DNA of 62,790 bases, filler included, from Basidiobolus ranarum (GCA_040143965.1; 33 parts of 33 records of this genome joined end to end with filler, not necessarily neighbours in it); one strand, 5' to 3'. Shown: positions 36,736-51,396, counted from the first letter of the whole stretch. A program made the numbers and translations. Notes: generated by a model not told the origin, from the sequence alone.

Positions 36736-38185
36736 GTATTCACTAGTTGAAGGATACTACTTTTAAATATGCAATTTCTAGATCCCAAATACGTTAGTGC
36801 AAGATGTTGACTCTGAAATGCTTCTACCACTGACTTTTTATTGCAATGTCAAAGATTTTGATGCAGTCCCATTCCATTTTATCATCATGCATACAATCAA
36901 TGAAGCTGCTAGACATTCGCTTGAATTGAGCATATTATATTCTATAATACAAAGGAATAATTAAGATTGCAACAATTTGACCTTCACTTGAACATGTTTC
37001 ATTAAAATTTAGCATAGATGATACTTTTGGAGGAAGAGATTACTTTGCAAGTCACTTTTGAATCATCAATTTTTGAGTAATAATATTTTCTTTGTAGGTA
37101 TAAAGTTTATAGTAGCTGTCAACATTGGAAAATTTAACTAATGAAATTTCTGATCATTTGGTAGACTTGCATTCATGATTGATGGTGAATGAGAATTTGA
37201 TTGGTGCTGGCAAACATAATTTATATGAAATATTTAATGACAATGGCCAAAGTTTGGATCGCATATAAGAGAGCATTTGGAAATATGACCAATAATTTAT
37301 AATTTTAGCACAAATAGAAATAAGTATGTTTAGATGAGTCTCATAAGAAACATGGCACTTTTCGAGTTATTATATAAAAGATAGAACATATACAGGCGTT
37401 TCATTCAGGGTCCTTTATATATATTACATGCGGTAGTATCTGAGAAGAATTGTACCTAGGACAATTATGATAATTTATGCATATAAAGAGAAATCTTTGC
37501 TTGTAAAAGAAGTAAAATATTATCAATGGGTTGTATTTCTGAGGTGCTAAGGATGTTAAGATCTACAACTTTTTGATTGAATTTATATATTTTGTCTATT
37601 CTCTACGCTCCCAAGACTTGACTAATATCAAGGTGCTTTTGACTTGTATACTCTCAAGGAAACAAAGATTATATATAGTGATCATCATACATGTATATTC
37701 AGTATTTATTTTGATACTACACAAATTATTACTACACGATACCTTTGTTTGAAGCCCTGAAGGTAATCCAAGATTATGACTGAAAACACCCTCAAATCAA
37801 TTAATTAAGTGCTTGCTCCAGTCTTAGATTATTATATTTAAATGTTTTCATATTCTATATGAGTGCTTTGATGTTAAATCTCCAATATATTGAAGTTAAA
37901 AAATATACTTCAAGTAGATATTCTAAAGGCTTCAAAGTTGAAGTTTCCAAGTTCCCTGAAGTGGCATCAAAATATGTTGGAGGATCTTGACATAATGGGG
38001 TAGACTTTGAGTATTAGAAGCAACTTATGATAGTGTGTTTTAGTTAGTTTATTCTTAAGAGTATATGGTGACTTATATAGTAGNNNNNNNNNNNNNNNNN
38101 NNNNNNNNNNNNNNNNNNNNNNNNNNNTTAATTAATTAANNNNNNNNNNNNNNNNNNNNNNNNNNNNNNNNNNNNNNNNNNNNCC

Positions 38186-39985
38186 AAGGAGATTGAGATG
38201 GATGCTGTTGCTTTAGATGGTAAATTGATCATGCATGTTGTCAGTGAGCACGTCGAAAATGCTGGTGTTCACTCCGGTGATGCTACCCTTGTCCTTCCAC
38301 CACAGGATCTGGACCCTGAGACTGTTCGTAAGATTGTTATCGCTACTGAAAAGATCGGTAATGCCCTTAACGTCACTGGTCCATATAATATTCAATTTAT
38401 CGCCAAAAACAATGAGATCAAGGTGATCGAGTGTAACCTTCGTGCTGCTAGATCTTTCCCATTCGTCTCCAAGGTTACTGGTGTTGACTTAATCGAGCTG
38501 GCTACCAAGGCTATGCTAGGTGTTCCTGTTCAAGCATACCCTCCTACCGATATCCCTGAGAACTGTGTTGGTGTCAAGGTTCCTCAATTCTCCTTCAGCC
38601 GTTTGAGTGGTGCTGATCCTATTCTTGGTGTTGAAATGGCATCCACTGGTGAAGTGGCTTGTTTCGGTAAGGATAAGACTGAGGCTTATCTTAAGGCTCT
38701 ACTTGCCACTGGATTCCAACTTCCAGAGAAGAATATCTTGCTTTCTATTGGCTCATTCAAAGAAAAGCAAGAGTTCCTTCCCTCTGCTCAGAAATTACAC
38801 GCTATGGGGTATAATCTCTTTGCTACTGCTGGTACTGCCGATTTCATGCAAGAGCATGGTATTCCCATCAAGTACCTGGAAGTCTTAGGAAATGATGATG
38901 ATCAAAAGGGCGAATACTCTCTTAACCAACATCTTTCTCATAACTTGATCGATCTTTATGTTAATTTACCATCCAACAACAGATACCGCCGTCCAGCCAG
39001 TTATGTCAGTCGTGGTTATCGCACTCGTCGTATGGCTGTAGACTTCGCCATCCCATTGATTACCAACATCAAATGCGCTAAGCTCTTCGTGGATGCTTTA
39101 ACCCACAAGCACAAGCTTTCAATCAACAAGGTCGATTACAAGACTAGCCATCGCTCCGTCACTCTCCCTGGCCTTGTTAATATTCAAACATTTATTCCAG
39201 GCCTTGTTGATGACAAGAGCACCGACTTTGACGCTGTTACTAAGGCTGCTGTTGCTGGTGGATTTACATCAGTTTGCGTGATGCCCATGGGTGCCAAATC
39301 AGCACTCAAAGACATTCAATCTTTGGTTGCCGCTAAGGATAATGCACACCTTAAGGCCCATTGTGATTACTCAATCTCGGTTGCTGCCACTGCTGATAAT
39401 GCTGGTAAACTTGCTCAAGTGTTTGTAGATGCCAATACTTTATTCGTATCATTTGACAAACGCTATGATGGATACACCGAGAAGCTCGCCAATGTTGCCA
39501 GCTACTTCGAGAGCTGCCCCAGAGACGTTGTGCTCGTCACTGACGCTAAGGATACCGCTCTCGCCTCCATCCTATTATTGGCTAGCTTACAAGGTCGTTC
39601 CGTTCACGTTACCAACATCTCAACCAAGCAAGATATCACCCTTATTTCATTAAGTAAGGAACGTGGGCTTAAGGTTACCTGTGACGTTGCTGTCTTCAAC
39701 TTATTCTTAACCGAAGACAAGGGTGGATTACCTGAGAGAGACGTCAAGGCTCTTTGGGAACATTTGGACGTAATCGATTGCTTCTCCGTTGGTAATGTTC
39801 CAGTCAGCTCTTACGCTGCCACTGGTAAGGAAGCTCCTATCGCTTACGGAATCAAGGAAACCCTTCCTTTACTCTTGAGCGCTGTTGTGCAAGGTCGTCT
39901 TACTTTGGATGACATCACTACCAAGTTTTCGGAGAATCCTCGTCGTATCTTCAACTTGCCTGAACAACCCGAGACCTATGTTGAA
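38186..39985 (+). CDS. URA2: URA2/CAD-type multifunctional pyrimidine protein, internal part: CPSase large-subunit C-terminus, MGS domain and inactive DHOase-like domain
   Basis: [79 protein letters not shown] and AAVAGGFT; uninterrupted frame with strong codon bias. Confidence 0.96.
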
Positions 39986-40086
39986 GNNNNNNNNNNNNNN
40001 NNNNNNNNNNNNNNNNNNNNNNNNNNNNNNTTAATTAATTAANNNNNNNNNNNNNNNNNNNNNNNNNNNNNNNNNNNNNNNNNNNN

Positions 40087-40549
40087 TAATTTCAGATGTT
40101 TAGCAACTTTTCCCCCATTAGTGTGCAGATAAACCATATTGATGTTGTTGAGTTATGTCTAATCAGTCAAATATGTGCATATGTAGCGACTAAACACAAC
40201 AAGATTCTTGTTTTGTTTGATTCTCATTATGGCTGGAATACAAAGTCTATAATATCTAAATAAAGGCATGCATATTAATTTGAATTCCTACAGCAGTAAA
40301 CCCAGTAATTTGCAATTCGAAAATTATATTTTTGCAAAAATTGCTGGATATTGAATAATGCATGCCAAATTTGAGGATCATTATTTTAACATATATGAAT
40401 ACTGTGAAGTTACCATTAAGAAACCGCCATCACACCATCAAAATCCCTGGCAGAATGCAAGCCAATGATATTGTGCCAGTTGTCTGACAGTTATGCTATT
40501 TAGGAGGATGGATCCAATCCGGATCAAATTGATTTTATTTTTGTTAGGG
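40087..40549 (+). mobile_element. CMC right end
   Basis: Ends GATTTTATTTTTGTTAGGG. Confidence 0.9.
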
Positions 40550-41888
40550 CAAGTGTGCTAACTACGGAGAAGTCAATATGGTTTGAAACAGGCTCCTTGC
40601 ACATGGAATACCAAAATCAATCACATCTTCATGAAACATCTTTTCCCTTGTAGCAAAGCTGATCACAGCATATAATCCAAGACTACCAAAGCCACCAAAG
40701 TCATAATTGCTCTCTACATTGCTAATATTATTGTAGTTAGTAGTTGCTCAAATTTGATGAAACAAACTAAGACCTGACTATCTACCAAGCTTGAAATGCA
40801 AGATCTTGGATCACTAACATATTGTCATGGAATGCAGATACATTAAAGTTCCACTATTGGAACACTCTGTATTCCACAAGAAAAATATTTTGGAGATGTT
40901 TTAAACAGATTCAACATGTCAGAATGTACAACAGCTCCAAATCCACTATGTATGCAGAAACTCACTAAGGTTATGGAACCAAAGAACTCTGAAGATATTG
41001 AAATCATGAAACATACTTCTTACTATGATGTAGTTAGAAGTCACATATATGCAACAACCAGTACAAGGCCTGATATTGCTACAGCAGTAAGTATAGTAAG
41101 CAAATATATGAAAAATCCTGCAATGGAACATTGGATAGCTGTGAAGCAGATAATATGATATCTGAAAGGAACAATGCATCATGGATTTCAATTTAGTAGC
41201 AGTACAACAATTCACTTATTTTGGAAGGATGTGCTGATGCAGGCTGGGCTAACAACACAGAAGACCATAAGTCCAGAACTGGATATGTGTTTAAGCTAGC
41301 AGGTGGGTCAATAAGCTGGATTAGCAAGAAACAACAAACTGGTGCATTATCAAGTATAGAAGCAGAATATATGGCAAGCTATATGGCTGTTCAAGAAGCT
41401 ATATGGATAAGGAGTCTTCTCAAGGAACTAAGATATGATCAAATTAATCCTATCACAATATATCAAGACAATCTTGGTTGTATTCAGATCACCAAGAATC
41501 CTGGGCATCACTCAAGGTTGAAACATATTGACATAAGATATCATTTTATACAAGAGAAAGTTCAAGATAAAGAGGTGAACTTTATTTATTGTAATACTGA
41601 AAACATGCTTGCAGATATACTGACAAGCCCACTCAAAACTTCAAGCTTTGAAAAGTTAAGAGCAGGAACAGGCTTTACTGAATATAAACACAATGCTGAA
41701 TAAGAATTAAGGGAAGGTGTTGTATAATTAATCTTTATTCAACATCATAGTTAACTTTAGTTATGATACATATATCTGAAACAGAAAGCAACGTATCTAT
41801 AGCCCCTATATTCTAAATAGGAATATCTCTATATCTATATAACAAGTATGTCTTATTACCCCCACTTATCTATTATATCTTATTACAC
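40550..41888 (+). mobile_element. Copia family A RT, RNase H, PPT and 3' LTR (from 41718)
   Basis: YGLKQAP, TRPDIA, ADAGWA..KSRTGYVF, KHIDIRYHF and LADILTSPL; PPT AAGGGAAGG. Confidence 0.95.
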
Positions 41889-41988
41889 NNNNNNNNNNNN
41901 NNNNNNNNNNNNNNNNNNNNNNNNNNNNNNNNTTAATTAATTAANNNNNNNNNNNNNNNNNNNNNNNNNNNNNNNNNNNNNNNNNNNN

Positions 41989-42945
41989 CTATATGAATTT
42001 GTGAGTATTACCCTATGCTAATCTGATTAACAATGTATTCACAAAATCTGTGATGTATGTAGTGCAATGGGTTAAGGGGACTCCTGAATATATTGACCTT
42101 CTAACAAAGGGCTCTTTTAGTGTCCTCATGGGTTTTTGCATTGTTTATGCAAAATAACAGTAATAAAGCCCAATCCATGGACACAGAGTAAGTACCTCTA
42201 TAATTTGGACTGATTTGTTTGTGTGATTATCTGACATTATTTCTAGGAAAGCTGCAAGACAGACTTCCTGGTGAGATAGATTGAGATGAGCAGTATCATT
42301 GTTTTATCCATGGGGAAATCTATTCAAGCAATGGCACATCTATTTGTGGCAGGACAGTTGTTGACTGCAAGTTGGGGATATATTGGCTGAATTTTTTACA
42401 GGAATTTGCCAAAATCCAAGAGCTTATGCTCATTGAGAGTGGTAACAAAAGTCAGCTATTTGCCAAGTGTCAGTGCTATTCAAAATTTCAGATGTTTGGT
42501 AATTTTTCCACTGTTAGTTTGCTGATAAAGCATATTGATTTTGTTGAGTTATATCTAATCATTCAAGTATGTGCATATGGAGAAACTAAACAAAACGTGA
42601 ATCTTGTATTTTTTGATCTTCATTATGGCTGGAATACAATGCCAAAAATATCTAAACAAATGTGTGCATATTAATTCAAATTCCTACAGCAGTAAACCCA
42701 GTAATTTGCCTTTCAAAAGTTAGATTTTTGCAAAAATTGCCAGAAATTGAATAACCCAAGCCAAATATGAGGATCAATTTTTTAACATGTATTAATACCA
42801 TCAAGAGACTGTCAAGAAGCAGCCATGAAACCATCAAAATCCCTGGCAGAATGCATGCCATCAACATTGTGATGGTTCTCTGATGGTTTTGCAATCTGGA
42901 AGGGTGGATCCAATCAGGATTAAGTTGATGTCATTTTTGGTAGGC
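41989..42945 (+). mobile_element. CMC transposase 3' part (intron 42188-42246) and right end
   Basis: VLPYANLINNV; GTAAGT..TAG intron; degenerate TIR. Confidence 0.85.
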
Positions 42946-43452
42946 AATTATTTGAGTAAAACAATGAAATATTGCCTAATATCTGGAATTCAAATTAACC
43001 TCCCAACCAAAAATGGAAATTTGTGAGGGTAATATGGAAAACAAGCCAGGCAACCATTCAAGGGCTCTGGTTTATTGTATCTAACAAAAATTGGATCTAA
43101 TTCAATCAGATTTGTGTGGACTCATACAAAAGTTATCCTTAGGCAGAAAAAGCTACTTCATCACATTTATTGATTATTATACAAGATACACATGGTTCTG
43201 CTGTATGGAAAGAAAAGAAGAAGCTCTCTCTATTTTTAGAGATTTTAAAACACTCATGGAGACTGAAACTGGTACTAAATTCAAGAAAATATATACTGAT
43301 AATGGTGGAGAATATACTTGAGCACTTTTGTGGCACTTTTGTAAAGTTCGTGGAATTAAGCAAGGAACTACTGCCCCCTATTCACCTCAACAAAATGGAG
43401 TTGCTGAAAGAGCTAACAAGACCATAATTGAAATGGCAAGAATTATGATTAA
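42946..43452 (+). mobile_element. Copia integrase fragment, interrupted by LTR-E at 43453
   Basis: LDLIQSDLCG, YFITFIDYYTRYTW, TDNGGEY and APYSPQQNGVAERANKTIIEMAR. Confidence 0.92.
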
Positions 43453-45032
43453 TGTCATGATTCTGATCTTGGCATGCCAATCCACTGCAAATAGAACTCC
43501 TCTATTATTAGATTATGACATCATATCTGCTGTGCCTTCCCTTCTAGGCAACCTTGTGTTAGTTCATTGAGATTACCTTATATGGAAGTAATGTTGCTTG
43601 GAATATTCCATGATATCTAACCAATCATGTCATCCTACACCTAGTCTATTTCCGCCAAGACCTTTCAGGGAAGGTTCCCTGATCATCCTTACAGCATCCC
43701 TCTTTGTATTGGTCCTTGTAGTCCCCAACACACCAACACATGAACTTACCACAGTATATTCCCTATTCAGTATATTATGTTTCATCTTGCNNNNNNNNNN
43801 NNNNNNNNNNNNNNNNNNNNNNNNNNNNNNNNNNTTAATTAATTAANNNNNNNNNNNNNNNNNNNNNNNNNNNNNNNNNNNNNNNNNNNNGATTCAGGTC
43901 AATTGACTAAATAAATCATATAATAGAGTATTCCTCAAGTTTTTTGCTACTACTTGGTTGAGACTTTTACTGATCAACTTCTCTATAGATATAAAGCAGA
44001 AGCAAAAGAAGTACAGGATGGAAAACATGGCCAGTTTTGCTAAATTTTTATGCCTGATCAAAGTGCCCAGCTTGCCTTATGTTATACTCTGCAACATTGC
44101 AACTGAAATGTACACTTTTAACCAGGCTTTGCTCAATATTGTTGATATGCAAGTATTGTGAATCCCACCTTGTAGGAGATCAGTAAATCTTCTTTACCCT
44201 GTTAGATAGGCTGCCAAAACCCAAGAGTCAAAGTACATTCAATCTCACTAGCATTTCCTAAATGTATTAGTGCAGCCATTAATGATTTATGTGGTGCTTT
44301 TGCTTATATCATTTGCTCTGTTATTAACTGAGTTGGATATACATTAAAGGCTGTGCAGCTATTGTTTTACTCATATTCTCTGAGTCTCTAGTCTTCTTTC
44401 TGTATTGTTTGAAACTGGGTCAGTGTTGTCAACATTATCATTATCACTAGACTTGGTGATTTTTCAGATGAAGCTGTCATTTTATAGCATGATGCACATT
44501 TATGGAGACATTTGAAGAAGAGAGATTGTGATTGAAATGTAGAGTTTTCCCTTGTTGGGTTTTTATTTGCATTTTGGCTCTTATACTTTAGTCTGTAGTG
44601 TCAAGAACCAATGCCTGAGTCATGTGGAAAATATGTCATGTGATTTATATATAGCTTGGGGATTTCAGGATAACTTTGAAATGTCACCAGATACAATTCC
44701 AGAAGATAATTTACTAGAAACATCTAGATACAGATGATATCTGATTCCAATTAACATCAATCAAAATCTAACAACTAATTACAATGATATATTAAATTAC
44801 ACACTTATATTGCAACACTTATACTTATCTAGTAGTTTGTTTTTCAGCTAACAGAACACTCTAAGGAGGGTTTCAGGAAGACTTTTAATGTTGACATATT
44901 CCTCATTTCAGGCAATGATTAACAAAATTCTTATAAAATTTAGGTTTAATGCCAAATTAATATCTGTCCAAATCTAGTCAATGACTTTGAATGCTATATT
45001 AAATGATAGATTCATCTTGCAACACTTGAACT

Positions 45033-45377
45033 TGTTGGAATTAGCATTATCTAAACATTTATATATTTGTACATAGCTTGATACTTAGTAATCCTATAGT
45101 TCACTAAGATACTACTCCCTATTCTCAACTTTAATACACTTGGATTACTTTACCAACTTAAAAGTTATTAGATATATAGATTTTTCAGACTTAAGCTAGA
45201 AGCCCCAAATTTGGACTCATAATCCTAGTACTTTCTATAACACATCTTACATGTTCTTGCATACATATCTACAATACCACAAAAGTCAACTTTTAACTCA
45301 ATCAAGCCAGAAGAGAAAATAACCAATCTCTCTAGCTGTCCAAGCCACTTTGAACTGGATCCCTAAATACTTGAACA
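45033..45377 (+). repeat. Diverged LTR-D-related LTR
   Basis: TGTTGGAATTAGCATT...AAATACTTGAACA, colinear with 57558-57905. Confidence 0.7.
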
Positions 45378-46020
45378 ATGTGTTAATCCTGAACTTAACT
45401 CAATGTTTTGATACCTCTGCATTGCAGTTTGCCCTCTTCTAAATATTTCAGGCTTGTATATTTGTCACTTCATTAAGACCTCTTGTGGCTTTTTCTGAAG
45501 CATTTGTCTGTCTTGCAAGCCTGATTTTATTGAATCTGGTTCAGTATTAATCCTCTTGAACCATTCCTGTTTGCCCCCAGGATGTAGAGGAGGTTGAGAG
45601 CAAAAGCAAGATTGAGATTCAAGCAAAATCCAATTAGGGATCAAAGCTGAATTCAATGGTGCTGTGGCGGCGACCGTTTCTGACGGCCAAACNNNNNNNN
45701 NNNNNNNNNNNNNNNNNNNNNNNNNNNNNNNNNNNNTTAATTAATTAANNNNNNNNNNNNNNNNNNNNNNNNNNNNNNNNNNNNNNNNNNNNAGGTGACC
45801 TTCCATGGAAGGGCTTGGCGGAAATACACTATGTGTGGGATGACATGATTTGTCAGGTTTGATGGAATGTTCCAAAGAACATGACTTCCATATAAGGTAA
45901 TCTATATGAACTGACACCAGATTGCCAAGAAGGGATGGCACAGTAGATATGATGTCATAATCTAATAATAGAAGAGCTCCATATGCAGAGGATCAGTATG
46001 CCAAGATCAGAATCATGACA

Positions 46021-47594
46021 ATTTGAGCAAAACAATCCAAAATTGCCTAATTCCTTGAATTCAAATTAACCCCCCAACCAAAATGAAAATTTGTGAGGGT
46101 TGTATATATATGGAAAACAAACCAGGTAACTTTTCAAGAGCTCTGGATCAATCAAATCTGTCAAAAAATTGGATCTAATTCATTCAGATTTTAGTGGACC
46201 TATGGAAAATTTATCTGTAGGTGGAAAAAGAAATTTAATCTCATTTCTTGCTGATTATACAAGATACACCTTTGTCTACTTGATGGAAAGAAACAAAGAA
46301 GCTCTTTCTATCTTTACCAATTTTAAAACACTTGTGGAGACTGAAACTGGAACTAAAATCAAGAAAATATGTATTGATAATGAGCAAGTATATACCGCAA
46401 AACTATGGAAACACTTATGCAAAATTTAAGGAAATAAGCAAGAAACCACTGCTGCCTATTCACCTCAACAAAATAGAGATACTGAAAGAGCTTGCAGGAC
46501 TATGAGGGAAATGGCAAGAGCTATGATAAATGCAAGAAATTAAGATCATAACTTTTTTGGGTGGAATCTGTTGCTATAGCTGTGTATCTGATGAATAGTA
46601 GTTTTCTAGAGGTCTGTCTAACTCTACATCATATCAAGCTTGGTGTGCATTAAAATCTCATGTAAAATATTTGAAGATCTTTGGATGCATTGCTTTTGTC
46701 AAAATTATAAACAAAAATTTGTCTAAATTTGATCCAAAAAGTAACAGATACTTATTTCTGGGTAATTGTACCAAAACTAAGGCCTACAGACCCTAGAATA
46801 CCAAAATTTTCAAGTTAATCAAGTCCTAGGATGATTTGTTTTATGAAAATGAAATATTTTCCTTCAAAATGATCTCAGATGATGATGAAAATCAATTTTC
46901 TTGTGATCAAATTACCCCAATAGAATCAAACCTAAACAATGACAGAAATAGCATTCCTGTGGACCCTTCAACAAAAATTTTGCCTACCAAAGTGCCAAAT
47001 ACAATGCCAGAAGGTATAGTACCTTTATCCCAAACCAGGAGATCAAATCAAATCAGAAATAGCCCTGATTAATACATCCATGAGCACCAAAAATGGGCCT
47101 ATGCCTGCACAGCTCAAATGTATGAAATGCAGAATGTAAAAGAGGCCCTGAATGGCCCTCACACAAAATTTTGGAGATCTGCAATGGCTATTGAATACTA
47201 GGCTTAGATTGCTAATCAAACTTGGATATAAACCAACTTACCTCATGATAGAAAATCAATTTACTGCCAATGGGTGTTTAAATTTAAATACAACTCTGAT
47301 GGCAATACAGAAAAGTACTAGGCTAGCCTAGTGCAAAAGGCCATTCCAAAACATCAGGAATAGATTATACTGAAACTTTTGCTCCTGTAGCAAAGTCTAA
47401 CTAAATTGGATTGATTTTAGCAATTTCAGCTAAATATCAGTTTATTATACATCAAATGGATGTTGAAGCTGCTTTTTTGAATGGTGAGCTTGCTGTGGCA
47501 ATGTAAATGGACCATCCAGATGTATTTGTTGACCCAGAAACCCATAAAAAAGCTTGCAGACTCTGGAAAACACTCTATGGCTTAAAACTATCCC
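46021..47594 (+). mobile_element. Copia integrase-RT (decayed)
   Basis: [43 protein letters not shown] and KTLYGLK. Confidence 0.93.
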
Positions 47595-47694
47595 NNNNNN
47601 NNNNNNNNNNNNNNNNNNNNNNNNNNNNNNNNNNNNNNTTAATTAATTAANNNNNNNNNNNNNNNNNNNNNNNNNNNNNNNNNNNNNNNNNNNN

Positions 47695-48990
47695 AAGGTG
47701 GATCTCTATTTGTGTATTTCAAACATTGGAATGGCACATCTTCTAGAACAAAAATAAAATCTATTTAGGACTCTCATTTAATTTGTGGCTTGCATTCTGC
47801 CAGAGATTTTGATAATGCAATGGTGGCTTCTTAGCAGTATTGTGAGAGTAACCAAACTTTGTGAAATAATGATCCTAGTATTTGGTATGCTCACTTAATT
47901 TCCATCAATGATCAGAAAAAACCTGTTTTTTAATGGCAAATTTTGAGGTTTACAGCAATAGGAATTCAAATCAATATGCATACCTTTATGTAGATATTTT
48001 AGGCTTTGTATTCCCACCATAATGAGAATCAAAAAGTAAAAGAATCTTTTTGTATGCAGTCTCCAAATATGCACATAATTGGCTAATCAGACAAAACACA
48101 ACATCTTCAATATGCTTTGCCAGCAAACTTGATGTACAAAATTGCTAAACATCTGAAATTTGGAGTAGCACTGATACCTAGCAAATGGCTGACTCTTGTT
48201 ACAATTGACATTGAGAACAAGCTTCTGCATTTTGGCAAATTTCCATAATAAATTAAAACACAATATCCTCTACTTGTAGTCAACAAATGCCACAGGTAGA
48301 TGTGTCATTGCCTGAATGGATTACACCATGGCTAAAACTATAATATGGTGTATGTTGATCCTTCTCACCAAGAAGTGTGTTTTGCTGCTAGCCTAGATAT
48401 TCCATCAGATTTTCAAACAAATGTCTTGGTCAATATTGGAGATACTTGTCCCATGTCCATGGATTGGGTTTTGTTGCAGTTATTGTGCTCAAACAATGCA
48501 AAAATCCATCAGCACATTGGAAAGAGCCTTTGTTGGTAGGGTAACATACTCTTGAGTCTAGTTAACCCTTTGTTTTGAATCCTTCACTGGTTTTGCTAAT
48601 ACACTCTTAATCAGATGAACATATTCAGTGCCAGCATAGATTCAGTCCATCTTTGCTACACCTGTAATACACCATTTATAACCATTTACAAAATCATGGG
48701 CATAGTTGCTTATCCTCCAGGAATCTCCCAGTGTGGGTTAATGTTATAAGAATTTATTAGTAGTATCCACAAATGACTCCAACTGTTTCCAAAACCTATC
48801 AGATAAAAATCTCTTCAACATTCCACAAGACTAATAACAAATCTAAGACTCCCATTCTTTGCATTCAAATTCATGCCTAGACAAGTGGATGTTGATGGGT
48901 GAATAGGTCAAATATGAAATTTTCTTAACTTTTTCAGGCATTTTGCCAATTGATTCAAGCTTTAATCCTATCCTGTATGGTTTGTTCATC
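47695..48990 (-). mobile_element. Diverged CMC subfamily: right region and transposase 3' half
   Basis: Colinear with 49901-51396 but more divergent and with deletions. Confidence 0.75.
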
Positions 48991-48994
48991 TATA

Positions 48995-49495
48995 TCTTTT
49001 GCTCAAGCATGAAATACAGGTTTCTTTGCTAATGAAATACCATTTGAGTATCTTCAAATTCAGTTTTAGCACATTTTGCTTATATTCTAAGTCCATAAAA
49101 AGTTTGATTAACCACATAGCTTCTGGTGTAGTTACAGAGATAGCAATATACTCTGCCACTGTAGTTGAAAGTGCTACAGTTGGCTGCTTCTAACTATTCA
49201 GAGTTATGGCTCCATCACCATGGAGAAAAGTAGAGCAAGTTGTTAATCTTCCAGTGTCAAGATTTCTTCCCCAGTCTGCATCACTGTGGCCTTCAAAGTT
49301 TTGTGCATCAGCAGTGTCAGAATATTCCAGAACTAGATCTACAGATTCTGTTAAATATGCTTTACTGCTGTTATGTACTTGGATCTAGGATTATTAAAGT
49401 ATTGGCTGACAGGTACCTTTGGTCACAGCAGTGTCTGGACATGTTTCAACCATTTTATACATTAAACTACCAACCATGGACCAATAAGAGAGCTC
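48995..49495 (-). mobile_element. Copia RNase H fragment
   Basis: HSDADWG and KQPTVALSTTVAEYIA. Confidence 0.85.
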
Positions 49496-49900
49496 NNNNN
49501 NNNNNNNNNNNNNNNNNNNNNNNNNNNNNNNNNNNNNNNTTAATTAATTAANNNNNNNNNNNNNNNNNNNNNNNNNNNNNNNNNNNNNNNNNNNNCTCCG
49601 CTAATATATCCTCCTTAAACAGTTCTAAGATTCTGCACTTAACTGTTTCTTTGGTTTAGTAAAGTTCAAGACTTTTTATCCACTTTTCTGTTGGACACAA
49701 CACAAGCCAGTAGCAACTCCCAATGACTGAGCATTATGCAGCGGTTAAGTGGATTTTCAGATATTTGAAGAGGGTAATTGAATGTGGTTTAAGAAAAACA
49801 TATTCTTATGAGAATAAGGATCTAATTGGGTTTAGTGATGCATATTGGGGATGTGATATTGAGGACAGAAGATCTATCACTAGATACACCTCTCTCTATA

Positions 49901-51396
49901 CCCTGACATAAGTAAAATCAATTTGATCTGGATTAGATCCACCCTCCAAAATAGCCAAACCAACAGAGAACCATCACAATATTAATGGCTTGCATTCTGC
50001 CAGGGATTTTGATGGTGTGATGGTGGTTTCTTGATGGTATTTTGATGGTATTCATACATGTTAAAATATTAATCCTCAAATTTGGCATGTATTATTTAAT
50101 ATCCAGCATTTTTTGCAAAAATATAATTTTTGAATGGCCAATTACTGGGTTTACTGCTGTGGGAATTCAAGTTAATATGCATGCCTTTATTTAGATATTT
50201 TAGGCTTTGTATTCCAGCCATAATGAGAATCAAAAAATACAACAATCTTGTTGTGTGTAGTCTCTACCTATGCACAAACTTCACTGATTAGATATAACTT
50301 AACAACATCAATATGCTTTCCCAGCAAATTAATGGTGGAAAAAGTGCTAAGCATCTGAAATTTTGAATAGCACTGACACTTGGCAAATAGCTGACTCTTG
50401 TTACCATTCACAATGAGAATAAGCACTTGGATATTGGCAAATTTCCGTAGGGAATTTCACCAATATATCCCCAACTTGCAGTCAACATATGTCCTGCCAC
50501 AAGTAGATGTGTCATTGCTTGAATAGATTACCCCATGGCTAAAACAATAATTCTATGTATCTCCATCTATCTCACCAAGAAGTCTGTTTTGCAGCTTCCC
50601 TAAAGATACCATAAGATTATCACACAAGCAAGTTAGTCCAATTATGGAGGTACTTACTCTGTATCCATGGATTGAGCTTTGATGCTGTTATTATGCTCAA
50701 ACAATCCAAAAACCTGTGAGCTCATTAATATGAGCTCTTTGTTGAAAGGTTTATATACTCTGGAGTCATCCTAACCCATTTCATTACATCCATCACTGAT
50801 TTTGCTAGTACATTGTTAATCAGATAAGCATATGGTAATACTGACAATTTCTCGCAGAGCATCATCTCACTGCAGGTGCATTCCATTGGGAACTCCCAGA
50901 GTGTATAGCAAGGGCCTATAATCTCTAAGCATTGTAAAAGACGCAGAAGGGAATGTATTAAATACCTACATAGATTCAGTCTATCCTATTTTAACCTGTA
51001 ATAAAGTTTTTCATATCCAATTCAAAAATCTTCACACAGTTGCCATATCTGCCTGAGATCTGCCAATGTGAGTTGATGCTGTAAGAATATGGTAACAATA
51101 TCCATGAACAACTCCTGTTGTTGCCAATGCTTATGAGGCAGAAGTCGTTTCCATATTCCACTTGAATATATACAAATCCAATACTTCCAGTCTTCTCATT
51201 TGAATAAATGCCTTTACAAGTGGATATTGATAGGAGTCCTGGTAAAATATGATCGTATCTTAATGTTTTCAAGCATTTTCCCAGTTGACTCAAACTTTGA
51301 TCCTATCTCAAATGGCTCATTCATATTGAATTTTCCACTATATAGCTGAGTCAGTAGTATCAGAATGTTGTTGAATAGTAAGTGCATAGTGCCTAA
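49901..51396 (-). mobile_element. CMC right end and transposase 3' half, inserted in a copia RT/RNase H remnant (about 49715-49900)
   Basis: CCCTGACATAAGTAAAATC terminus; WEFPME motif; intron 50600-50657. Confidence 0.88.
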
